The notes under the pieces: model-generated | What the model was told of the DNA's origin: nothing | The model's input: the letters and a program-made list of their open reading frames with translations, nothing else | Database searches by the model: none | Made by a program: the position numbers and the translations under genes | Shown here: piece after piece, positions 51,898 through 63,330 of the stretch | How the letters are laid out: each line of letters opens with the position of its first letter | Position numbering within the stretch: position 1 is the first letter of the stretch | Source of the DNA: Octopus sinensis | Taxonomy: Eukaryota | Assembly (NCBI RefSeq): GCF_006345805.1 | Contig: NC_043011.1 | Coordinates: 14,210,464-14,274,463 of the forward strand | Direction of reading: 5' to 3' | Length of the DNA stretch: 64,000 nucleotides

Positions 51898-52300
51898 ATA
51901 TTTATTTCTTTATTGCCCACATGGGGCTAAACATAGAAGGGACAAACAAGGACAGACAAAGGGATTAAGTCGATTACATCGACCCAGTGTGTAACTGGTA
52001 CTTATTTAATCGACCCTGAAAGGATGAAAGGCAAAGTCGACCTCGCCGGAATTTGAACTCAGAACGTAAAGATAGCCGAAATACCTGTTTCTTTATTACC
52101 CACAAGGGGCTAAACATAGACGGGACAAACAAGGACAGACAAAGGGATTAAGTCAATTACATCGACCCAGTGTGTAACTGGTACTTATTTAATCGACCCC
52201 AAAAGGATAAAGGCAAAGTCAACCTCGGCGGAATTTGAACTCAGAATGTAACGGCAGACGAAATACCGCTAGGCAGTTCGATTGTGCCAGTTCACCGCCT
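51898..52300 (-). mobile_element. SINE B two-unit array
   Basis: Two units; TSD-like TTTGGATGTTACTATA on both sides. Confidence 0.85.
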
Positions 52301-53419
52301 TTTGGATGTTACTATATTAGTAGAGAAAATACCTCGACATTTCAGCATCCTAACCCCGTTTGGCTAACGATGTTAATGTTACTGAAGTTGAGGCAATTCC
52401 GTTTGTTTTTGCTTCTGTTGATCTATTCTTGGAAATGTCACTGACGAATTTGTAGAAGATAAGGCAGCAGTAGACATGATATTTATGTGAAGAGCCTATT
52501 GTTACTGCCACTTATGCTGTTTTCTGCAACTACCCTCACGTTTTCTTTCTTCTGCACAAAAGGCCTTCAAATGGCCTTTAATGTTATATATAAATGACAA
52601 TTTCCGTTTGTCTGTCTGTTACCATCTTGCTGTCAATACCAGCGAACCAAACTTCACCAAACTTTGCATACATGTTGAACTAACATCCATTTCAATTATA
52701 GGTTAATTTGATTTTAATAAGAATCGATAACGGCCCCCCCCTACGGGAGTTGAGCTATTATATGGTAAAATGAGAAGAGTGCAAAAACTGTTGGGTTGAG
52801 GGAAATATAGTGGTATAATGAGGGTGGCTGATATCAGGGAAGGGGAGGAGACAGAAATAAAAAGAGACACGGGGAATTGAAGCAATAATACTCTAGATAA
52901 TGTCTTTCATTTTCTTTCATAGAAGAACAGACTCTTGAGGGAAATGTGGTGACATAATGAGGGTGACTGATATCAAGGAAGGGAAAGATACAGGAAGAGA
53001 CAGAGAATGGGAGAAACAGACAGAGACAGAGTGGGAGAGAGAGAATATGTGTACTGAGGGGAAGAGCAATTTCAACACTTTATTCTTTCGTTTTTACTTA
53101 TCCATTAACACATACGATTTTGTGAATTAGTACGCTCAGTAAAAGACTTTTACATTATGTCCATCAACAGATGTTAAAATAACAAGTGACAGGTAAAGTG
53201 CTTTTACATTTGTTTTCAACTCACCGTATTAAGATTTATTACAATTTGCCTACGTACTGAAGCAATAATACTATGTATAATGTGTTTCATTTTCTTCCAT
53301 AGATAAATAGGCCGTTGTTGTCGGGCAATTTTTACAATAGAATGTCATATAATTTTGGTTTATTCTATGTCAGACCATGTCTTCCTCGTCAGATAGGTCT
53401 CTTGATCAGGACATATTTG

Positions 53420-53838
53420 GGATCTTTTCGGTTTGAACGGCAGTTTTTTCTAGCGGTGTCATATGAAATTGTCACCCATAATTATGACCCTAGTATCGAT
53501 CTATTGCATTTCAATCTGTTTTAGGGTTAGGGTTAGGGGTGGGGGGAAGGGTATCTTTTTTTCTTCAGAAATTTAAATAAACCCAATCTGTTTCTTAAAC
53601 GAGGGACATATTCATACGGCACAGAATGTTTTTTTTACCTCAATAGACATCATTGAGTGGTTGAAATTGCAGAAATTGAAGAAAAACAACAACAAATATC
53701 TTATAAACTATAGAATTTTCTCAATAAAGCCAAGAGAAAACGATGTTTTATAAACACATTCTACCAGTATACGAAGTTTAAAATTTTTTAGTTACCTCGA
53801 AATTATGTTAAAACCGGCCGTTCAAACCGAAAAGATCC
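53420..53838 (+). mobile_element. MITE copy 6
   Basis: Perfect TSD CATATTTG. Confidence 0.9.
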
Positions 53839-54270
53839 CATATTTGTGCAATTTTTCGCAAAAAAACTTCCTTAACGATCTCTTTCCTTTTCTAATAATT
53901 TACATGTTTGTTCAAACGTTTCCAATGACTTTATTTATTAAAACTTCAGAAATTCTGACAACTTGGTCGTTGTAATGCTTTGCTTTCCTTTGATTAATTC
54001 ATCGGAATGATTTTGCTTTCATTTTGTGATAGACAGCTATCATGCTGAAAATACCGGTTTCGAAATCCTGTTTTCTGATTAGGTAAAATCGATTAAAATT
54101 TAAACCCCAGTATCAGGAAGGAGAGGAGACGGGAAGTGACAGAGAGACAGAGAATGTGAGAGACAGACAGAGAGAACGAGAGACAGGGATAGAGCGGGAG
54201 ATAGAGAATGTGTTTACTGAAGGGAAGAGCAAATGTTAATGTTTTGTTCTTTAATTTTTACCTAACGCAC

Positions 54271-55011
54271 GCCTCCCGCCTCACAACTTACACCTCAGGA
54301 TTTGTTGTTTGTTCCTTCTCGAGCCATGCCTGGCTCATAAGGGCCGGTTTCCCAGCTTCTTGGCGTATAGGTTCCCCACCTGGACGGGACGCCGGTCCAT
54401 CGCAGGTGAGCTGCAAGAGGAAAGAGCGAGAGAAAGTTGTGGCAAAAGAGTCAGCAGAAGTTTCGCCATTACCTTCTGCCGGAGCTGCGTGGAGCTTAGG
54501 TGTTTCGCTCATAAACACACACATCGTCCGGTCTGAGATTCGAACCCGCGATCCCTCGACCACTGCTCTAACCACTAGGCCATGTGCCTCCACACCTCAA
54601 GATTGGCACACCAGTGATGCTTTTAAGAAACCTGGACTCACCTAAGCTTTGCAATGGCGTACGACTTACGATCGACAAGATGACGCCAAGAGTCTTAGAG
54701 GCGACCATTCTCACTGGCAAAGCAAGTGGTAAGGTTGCCTTCATACCACGAATTCCGCTGATTCCCTCTGACATGTTATTTGAGTTCAAGCGACAGCCAT
54801 TTCCTGTAAAACTGAGTTTTGCAATGACCATAAACAAAGCCCAGGGACAGTCCTTGGAGGTGGTAGGCCTAAACCTTGCAGAACCTGTTTCTTCCCATGG
54901 CCAACTGTATGTACGATGATCAAGAGTCAACAATCCGAATCATTTATTTATTTATTTATGCTCCAGAGGGCAAGACCGAAAATGTATATCAAAAGGCTCT
55001 GCAAATTTTAT
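54271..55011 (+). pseudogene. Helitron RepHel PIF1-like helicase C-terminal fragment, split by SINE C
   Basis: LPPHNL|HLKIGTPVMLLRNLDSPKLCNGVRL..FIPRIPLIPSD..FPVKLSFAMTINKAQGQSL..SHGQLYVR*SRV..KTENVYQKAL. Confidence 0.9.
54300..54596 (-). mobile_element. SINE family C
   Basis: 13 bp TSD ACACCTCA(G/A)GATT; removing it restores LPPHNLHLKIG. Confidence 0.9.
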
Positions 55012-55761
55012 AATAATCAACCACCAATCGTTTCATAGTCTCACATCGTCAGTTCTCTCATCCTTCCAACCATCCACCAATTCAACTTTGATTTTACCTT
55101 AGCATTACAATCTGTTGTGACGCCATCTTGGAAATCTCCAGCACGCGTACGCAGGGCTGGAGTCTTCCGGGAGGCCTGCCGGAGGTTCCCTCATGCGCAT
55201 GCGCAGAAAACTAGCAGCAGTGAAATTCCCTCGTATCGCCCTCTTGAACGCCAGCAGCTGAACAGGACAGACGTGTTTTATCAGCTCTCTCAAGCTGCTA
55301 CCTCGTGGCGCATCTCCGCTATGCTTGAACGGACTCACTCCACTTGACTACTGCGATATGCTCCTAGGATGTCGATTCGCCCAGAGGAAGAAATGTATAT
55401 ATTGCGAATCAAAAAATTAAATATTTATACTGTTGAAGTCAATCGGAATTCTTGACTCTTTCTTCGATTAATATTTAATGTAAAGGATGTGAGCTGCACC
55501 TCTCATCCTGTTATAAATCAATCACTTTTATGATTCAAGTGTATTACTTGCCAGTATTTGTAAATCTATTTGTAATTTAAACGGGAACTGAACAGGGAAC
55601 GGGATAGAACATGAAACAGTGTAACGGGAGCGGGAACTGGAAATAATCCCCGCTTTACCGGGTAATTCAGTTGGTATGATAAATACAGTAACTGAGCCTT
55701 TTGCTCTGCATCACCTGTCTGACTGACTTTTCCGTTCTCACAAAGAAGTATAACTTTAATA

Positions 55762-56117
55762 TCTATATATATAAACTGCAAAATTTCTGTGTGCGTGTCC
55801 TTTATACAAATCCACAATTTTTCAGTTAGAGGGTCGCACTTTCTATGGTCATTCAAAACCGTCCAAGAGTGGTCGTGCACATCTTTACATTTCCCCATTC
55901 ACCCCGCAAAGCCATTAAAAAAATCAATAGAAGTGACTTTTTTTGTGAATTTTCTATCCAAAACCCAATCAAAATGCCCGAAACTTGATACGCCAATTGA
56001 ATGCCAGCTAGCTGTATGTGATTAGTCGGAGATTTGGGCAGTACTCTCGTGTATGTGTGCACGCACGCAGCTGTATATGCATGCACTAGCAGTATGACCC
56101 AGCGTTGCCGGGTCATA
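55762..56117. mobile_element. Helitron 5' end (+) facing a Helitron 3' end (-)
   Basis: A|TCTATATATATAAA at 55762; minus-strand hairpin GACCCGGCAACGCTGGGTC-ATACTG-CTAG|T at 56086-56114. Confidence 0.6.
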
Positions 56118-56122
56118 GTAAT

Positions 56123-56598
56123 AAATAAAGCAGAGAGGATTCTATAGACTAGCGAAAGAAGAGTTGGTAAACCTTGGTCGATGTGTAGTAGGATATGTGC
56201 TCCCTTGATAAAATAGGGTATAAGGAAGAACGTGTCTGTTACTTAAAACTGAAGAGGTTCTAGATTTCTAGTAGATCCCACCTGGTCACATGTTGCTCAA
56301 GCCACCCCACACTCAATAACTACTCATGCTGTGCAACAAAAGTGCGATGAGCCCTGGGTCCACATCGATCCCAATATCTCTGGCTGTAATCCTTGTATTT
56401 ATCCTGCTCATGTACTGCAGCAGTATCCCATTGTCGAAGATGTACATAACGCACGACTCCTGTTTTCTTGCCTCATCTTCCTTATACACGTTCTTCCTTA
56501 TACCCTATTTTGTCAAGGGAGCACATATCCTACAACACATCGACCAAGGTTTACCAACTCTTCTTTTGCTAGTCTATAGAACCATCTCTGCTTTATTT
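56123..56598. mobile_element. Element with 113 bp inverted repeats and ~250 bp unique core
   Basis: 56123-56235 is the reverse complement of 56486-56598 with few mismatches; no clear TSD. Confidence 0.75.
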
Positions 56599-57764
56599 TT
56601 CTGAAAAAAAAAAAACGAAAAAAGAAGTATGTGATTTCCTTCGGTAAATTCTTTGAGAAAATAGATAGCTCTTCCACATTCTGTTTCTCTGAGATAAATT
56701 CTTTGGGAAAGGAGATACAATTACCTCCTTGCTCGTTTTAGGGAAAATTCTTTGGATAAGGAGTCACCTCTTCCACACTATATATCTGTACATGTAAATA
56801 TGTAGAATAGAATTTGAGCCTTTTAAAAACCGCTCCCAAAGACCAAGTATAAAACCCGAATCTTAACTTTACATCATCTAGTTGGGACTGATCCTAGGTT
56901 TTGGTGTTGTCATTAGCGACAGAAACAGTACTAATACCAAAACACCCTCTTTCTATCCAACTTAATGTGGATGTATTTCCAGGAGTTGACTCATGTTTAA
57001 TATCTCACGTTTACTCGAAACACTAGCAAAAGATGAGTCATTCTTGATGTTTTGTTGTTGTTTACAGTGTTTTGTCATTTAAGTTAAAGTCGTTTGGAAG
57101 AAGGTGCTTTTTCATATTGTAACGACAAATGTTTGTTCAAAATTGTGTCTGTGTAAAATTGCTATGTTGTCTGGAACTAAGATTATAACCTGCCATTGTA
57201 TCTCGAAAAATTGTGGAATGGCTTATTGATTACAATTGACAATGTTGTAGCATCTCCTCCCACTGTCACAGAAGGGACCATTTTGAAATGACACGATTAA
57301 AACATGTCTAAAACATGTGTAACGGGGTGGATATTTAAATATTCCGATGCCCATAATTGATAAAACGAACAAAAATCAGTTTTCCATTCGGTATTCTGAG
57401 TGGGGTAGAAATTACTTTCTAATCGAGAACTCTGTTGAGAAGAAGAAGAAGAAGAAGAAGAAGAAGAATAGCGATAACAACAAAATAGCACTAGACGGCT
57501 CAGTCGCGTAAGGTGAATCAAGAAACCTCACAGATTTTGGAGTACCCTAACCACCAAGGGTCAGTCTTCTTCAGCTAACAGTCTTAAACCTGCACTCCAG
57601 ATGCTATCATTTCTCTGCTCAACATTCCAGATGCCAAGAACTCATACTTGATCTTCAGTTGACCCAAGACTTATAGCTCCGTGAAAGAAACGAAATGTGG
57701 GAGATGCTCTCAAGAAAATAAAAAAAACCCTCTACACCGGTTCCCCGCCCAGGAATCTCAATAA

Positions 57765-58345
57765 ATACCTATTTCTATTTCTTTACTACCCACAAGGGGC
57801 TAAACACAGAGAGGACAAACAAGGACAGACAAACGGATTAAGTCGATTATATCGACCCCAGTGCGTAACTGGTACTTATTTAATCGACCCCGAAAGGATG
57901 AAAGGCAAAGTCGACCTCGGCGGAATTTGACCTCAGAACGTAGCAGCAGACGAAATACCTATTTCTTTATTACCTACAAGGGGTTAAACACAGAGAGGAC
58001 AAACAAGGACAGACAAACGGATTAAGTCGATTATATCGACCCCAGTGCATTACTGGTACTTATTTAATCGACCCCGAAAGGATGAAAGGCAAAGTCAACC
58101 TCGGCGGAATTTGAACTGAGAACGTAGCGGCAGACGAAATACGGCTACGCATTTCGCCCGGCGTGCTAACGTTTCTGCCAGCTCGCCGCCTTATCTCAAT
58201 AAATACCTATTTCTTTACTATCCACAAGGGGCTAAACACAGAGGGGACAAACAAGGACAGACCAAGGGATTAAGTCGATTACATCGACCCCAGTGCGTAA
58301 CTGGTACTTAATTTATCGACCCCGAAAGGATGAAAGGCAAAGTCG
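57765..58345 (-). mobile_element. SINE B arrays (head + 2 units, then a truncated third copy)
   Basis: CTCAATA(A/G)ATACC repeated at the boundaries. Confidence 0.85.
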
Positions 58346-58489
58346 CTCAATAGATACCACAGCCTTAATGCATGTGTGCGTGTTATCAGCCAGTTTATAC
58401 CGAGCCCATTGCACTGAAAATCTTGACATCAAATGAACGAGATAACAAAGGTGTAACAGGGATTATAGTCATTTACATCTATTATATCG

Positions 58490-58912
58490 ATTAACACATC
58501 GATTACATCGATTTTGCCGAACTGCTACATTACAAAACGTAATCACACCAACATTAGTTTTCAAGCGGTGTGTGTAAGGGGGTGGGGGAAACAAATGTAG
58601 ACACAAAGACACACATACACACATATACATACAATTACATACACCCCCCACACACACATACATACACCCACACACACACAAACACATACACATACATACA
58701 ATTACATACACCCACCCCCACACACACACACACATATACATACAATTACATACACCCACGCACACACATACGACGGGCATATTTCTGTTTCCCTCTGCCA
58801 AATTCATTCACAAGGCTTTGGTCGGCCCGAGGCTATAGTAAAAGACACTTGCTCGATGTGCCACGCGGTGGGACTGACCCCGAAACCATGTAGTTGGGAA
58901 GCAAACTTCTTG
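58490..58912 (-). mobile_element. SINE A with head cut off at the MITE
   Basis: Stops at GCAAACTTCTT; the expected ACCACACAGCC is absent beyond the MITE. Confidence 0.75.
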
Positions 58913-59323
58913 GGATCTTTTTGGTTTGAACGGCAGTTTTTTCTAGCGGTGTCATATGAAATTGTCACCCATAATTATGACCCTAGTATCGATCTATTGC
59001 GTTTTAATCTGTGTTAGGGTTAGGGGTGGGGGGAAGGGTATCTTTTTTTCTTCACAAATGTAAATAAACCCAATCTGTTTCTTAAACGAGAGACATATTC
59101 ATACGGCACAGAATGTTTTTTTTACCTCAATAGACGTCAGTGATTGGTTGAAATTGCAGAAATTGAAGAAAAAACAACGAATATCTTACAAACTATAGAA
59201 TTTTCTCAATAAAGCCAAGAGAAAACAATGTTTTATAAACACATTCTACCAGTATACGAAGTTTAAAATTTTTTAGTTACCTAGAAATCATGTTAAAAAC
59301 TGCCGTTCAAACCGAAAAGATCC
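58913..59323 (+). mobile_element. MITE copy 7 (no TSD)
   Basis: Intact TIRs; flanks ACTTCTTG / CAATTCAA do not match. Confidence 0.9.
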
Positions 59324-59529
59324 CAATTCAAACTAAACAAGGACGAAAATACGTATGTAGTCATTCGTTACTCACAATGGCTTCCGTTGATACAGGTCAC
59401 CAAAGACATTCAGCTATTGTTTTTTTCTTGTCAAGCGTGTTTTGTAACAATGTTTACTGCTTCGCTGAAATATTGATTTGTTTTCATTTTCTGCACCTAG
59501 AAAGTTTGTGTCATTGTTTTGTTTTGTTT

Positions 59530-60303
59530 AAGGCGGCGAGATGGCAGAAACGTTAGCACGCCGGGCGAAATGCTTAGAGGTATTTCGCCTGCCGCTACGT
59601 TCTGAGTTCAAATTCCGCCGAGGTCGACTTTGCCGTTCATCCCTTCGGGGTCGATTAAATAAGCACCAGTTACGCACAGAGGTCGATACAATCGACTTAA
59701 TCCGTTTGTCTGTCCTTGTTTGTTTCCTCTGTGTTTAGCCCCTTGTGGGTAGTAAAGAAATAGGTATTTCGTCTGCCATTACGTTCTGAGTTCAGATTCT
59801 GCCGAGGTCGACTTTGCCTTTCATCCTTTCGGAGTTGATAAAATCAAGTACCAGTTACGCACTGGGGTCGATGTAATCGACTTAATACCTTTGTCTGTCC
59901 TTGTTTGTCCCCTCTATGTTTAGCCCCTTGAGGGTAATAAAGAAATAGATATTTCGTCTGCCGCTACGTTCTGAGTTCAAATTCCACCGAGGTCGACTTT
60001 GCCTTTCATCCTTTCAGGATCGATTAAATAAGTACCAGTTACGCACTGGGGTCGATACAATCGACTTAATCCGTTTGTCTGTCCTTGATTGTCCCCTCTG
60101 TGTGTAGCCCCTTGTGGATAGTAAAGAAATAGGTATTTCGTCTGTCCTTACGTTCTGAGGTCAAATTCCGCTGAGGTCGACTTTGCCTTTCATCCTTTCG
60201 CGCTCGATAAATTAAGTACCAGTTGCGTACTGGAGTCGATCTAATCGACTGGCTCCCTCCCACAAAATTTCGGGCCTTCTACCTTAGAGTAGAAACGATT
60301 ATT
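59530..60303 (+). mobile_element. SINE B four-unit tandem array; last unit has the alternative tail
   Basis: One head; junctions AATAG|(G/A)TATTTC at 59763, 59948 and 60132. Confidence 0.9.
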
Positions 60304-60461
60304 TGCTTTGTTTATTCATTTTATTTATTTATTATTTATTTATTTATTTATTTTCTGTTTGGTTGGCTTGTCTTGCCCCGTTCAATTTATTTTTCCATAG
60401 TTGGGGGGAGAGGTTTCTGTTTAAAGGCGGGTCATTGCTGACATCATATTACATAGAGAAA

Positions 60462-60691
60462 GGGCAGCGAGCTGGCAGAAACGTTAGCACGCCGAGTGAA
60501 ATGCGTTGCCGTTTTTCGTCTGCCGTTACGTTCTGAGTTCAGATTCTGCCGAGGTCAACTTTGCCTTTCATCCTTTCGGGGTCGATAAATTAAGTACCAG
60601 TTACGCACTGGTGTCGATGTAATCGACTTGATCCGTTTGTCTGTCCTTGTTTGTCCCCTCTATGTTTATCCCCTTGTGGGTAATAAAGAAA
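60462..60691 (+). mobile_element. SINE B monomer
   Basis: Full head and tail; TSD-like CATATTACATAG. Confidence 0.85.
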
Positions 60692-60888
60692 CATATTACA
60701 TAGTGAAATAAAAATGGAAATATTTTCAAAAAAATCTTATCTAGAACAAACTTCTAAATAGATTAATAAAAATACCTGTACAGAATAAAACCAAAATGAA
60801 TATTGTTTATGTCTATTACACTTGGAATGTATACACAACTCTCGAAGAAAATTCAAGCACACCCGAACAAGTCAGCAATCAAAAGATA

Positions 60889-61301
60889 GGATCTTTTCGG
60901 TTTGAACGGCAGTTTTTTAACATAATTTCCACGTAACTAAACACTTTTAAACTTCGTATACTGGTAGAATATATTTATAAAACATCTTTTGCTCTCGGCT
61001 TTATTGAGAAAATTCTATGGTTTGTAAGATATTTGTTGTTTTTTTTTCTTCAATTTCTGCAATTTCAACCAATCATTGACGTCTATTGAGATAAGAAACA
61101 TTCTGTGCCGTATGAATATCTCCCTCATTTAAGAAACAGATTGGGTTTATTTACATTTGTGAAGAAAAAAAGATACCCTTCCCCCCACCCCTAACCCTAA
61201 AACAGATTGAAATGCAATAGATCGATACTAGGGTCATAATTATGGGTGACAATTTCATATGACACCGCTAGAAAAAACTGCCGTTCAAACCGAAAAGATC
61301 C
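60889..61301 (-). mobile_element. MITE copy 8
   Basis: Perfect TSD AAAAGATA. Confidence 0.9.
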
Positions 61302-61309
61302 AAAAGATA

Positions 61310-61790
61310 AATAAATGATAGAAAAGAAAGTGTGAAAGACGATTAAAAAGATAGCAGATTGGAAAACTCCTGGAGCCGACGGTGTTCAGAAATTCTGACT
61401 TGAAAACTTCACAGGTTATGCACAGTTTCTTACTGACTGCATAGAAAATGGAACACCAACATAGATGACAAAAGAAAGGAAGTGTTAATACAAAAAAGGG
61501 GAGAGGAGGAGTCAGAAATTATAGGCCTATTACAAGTTTACCATTATTCTGGAAAATACAAACTGATATCGTAGCAGATAAAGTGTATGGCTTTCTGGAA
61601 GAAGGATAATTAATTGCCAGAAGAGCAAAAAGGATAAAGAAAGAAGTCAAAGGGATTTATTGTATATTGATAGCTGATACTTAGTAAAGTACAAATAGGA
61701 AAGAACTAAAACTGTTGATTGGATAAACGACAAATATGCGATAATGTACCGCACACTAATGGCTTTTGGCGTATCTGAGAACATGTAGAC
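61310..61790 (+). mobile_element. R4/Dong-clade LINE reverse transcriptase remnant
   Basis: IKKIADWKTPGADGVQKF*LENFT..RNYRPITSLPLFWKI..LPEEQKG..VPH..FGVSEN (frameshifted). Confidence 0.75.
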
Positions 61791-62416
61791 TTAATCAAAA
61801 GATTAACGGTTTTGTTTCGTCTTTTTTTTTGTTTTTTCTTTTTTTTTCGAGGGTGGCGGGGGAGATTTACTTTCTTTGAGAAGAAAGCAACGAGATCTTG
61901 GCGAGAATTTAAGTACGAAAGTAAATCAGTAAATCACTAAGAAATATGAAAAATCGGAGGGCAATATTTTAGGGAAACTCGCTCTTTTCATTACCTCTCG
62001 TGATTGCATTGGTTCGTCTGACAAGTATACTGAGAAAATACAGACTTGATTACGAATTTGCTAAGACCAAGGTGAAAATAAATCATCTGATATGTATAGA
62101 CAAACCGTGGGTGGTGGGGTGTGTATGCGCGCGCCTGTGTGTGTGTGTGTGTGTAGAAGATCAATTTCCTCTGCTTTGCTGAGGACTCGAAACCGAATCC
62201 ACACACCTGTTGCTTGTCAGGCGAATGTCTGATCCTTTGTGTTTGATCCCTATGTTGGGAGATTAATAAGAAACACCTAACCTCCGAAGACCTTCGGAGG
62301 TCATGGAAAGGTCAATCTATTGTTTTAGGTTTGACTTACTTCCTGGTCGACCTTATATAACTGATTGAAAGGTTCGTTTCTCCCTCTTTAGTTATCAACA
62401 AGCTGAGAGCGTCTCT

Positions 62417-62451
<35 letters not shown>

Positions 62452-62477
62452 TCTCTCTCTCTCTTTCTCTCTCTCTC

Positions 62478-63330
62478 TTTCTCTCTCTCTCCCTCTCTCG
62501 TAGGTTTTCAGTCGTCTAACTGAGGACATAGCATCAACCGGATGGAAAGGGACAACGCAAGGATCTTTTCGGTTTGACCGGCAGTTTTTTAAAATAATTT
62601 CCACGTAACTAAACACTTTTAAACTTAATATACTGGTAGAATGTGTTTATAAAACATCTATTTCTCTTGGCTTTATTGAGAAAATTCTATGGTTTGTAAG
62701 ATATTTGTTATTGTTTTTTCTTCAATTTCTGCAATTTCAACCAATCAATGACGTCTATTGAGGTAAAAACATTCTGTGCCGTATGAATATGTCCCTCGTT
62801 TAAGAAACAGATTGGGCTTATTTACATTTGTGAAGAAAAAAAGATACCCTTCCCCCAACCCCTAACTCTAACCCTAACCCTAAAACAGATTGAAATGCAA
62901 TAGATCGATACTAGGGTCATAATTATGGGTGACAATTTCATATGACACCGCTAGAAAAAACTGCCGTTCAAACCGAAAAGATCCCAACGCAATTCTTACC
63001 CTTTCTTCCTCTCTGTCAGCAGACTGTAACTTGGCTTCCACACACAGCTTCCAACATACATTAAGAGTGAGCGTGTTGCGACACCCTATCATTGTCACTA
63101 CATTTACTATGTCTATAACCACTGCCGGCAAATAAATCTGTGAATATTATTCTTTTCTTTTTGACGTTGTTATTACGCTGTTTCATCCTATTCGAACATC
63201 TACATATAGCGACCCGACGAGGAACAAGAACTAGTATTTCTACATCAAGTAACTTTTCATTCGTATGTTACAATTGGTGACTCCGACGTGAGAATTCCAC
63301 ATCCATACATTTAGCGACCTCGACATAAGA
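62478..63330 (+). mobile_element. Probable LTR (interrupted by MITE 9) ending in repeated ACA + PBS-like junctions
   Basis: AATAAA then T-rich U5-like stretch; GTTACA-AT-TGGTGACTCCGACGTGAG is 16/18 to the tRNA-Trp PBS; left boundary uncertain. Confidence 0.5.
62561..62984 (-). mobile_element. MITE copy 9
   Basis: Perfect TSD CAACGCAA. Confidence 0.9.

Larger units (their letters stand above)
52580..55674 (+). mobile_element. Probable internally deleted Helitron (5' end uncertain)
   Basis: Helitron-like TATATATAAA..TGTCTGTCTGT start; helicase fragment; 3' hairpin CCCGCTTTACCGGG + TAATTCAG-TTGG|T. Confidence 0.45.

Noticed and set aside
38420-55060. Other CTGACGA..GAAA hits (~38430 and ~55046, minus strand)
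   Set aside because: No pairing stem II/III or cleavage triplet in the right place.
59376-59468. Minus-strand exon with GTGAGT donor and MSLVTCINGSH start
   Set aside because: No compatible downstream coding exon was found.
59530-60303. Regular repeats suggestive of a CRISPR array
   Set aside because: The units are whole ~185 bp SINE bodies with no unique spacers, no cas genes, and the DNA is eukaryotic.
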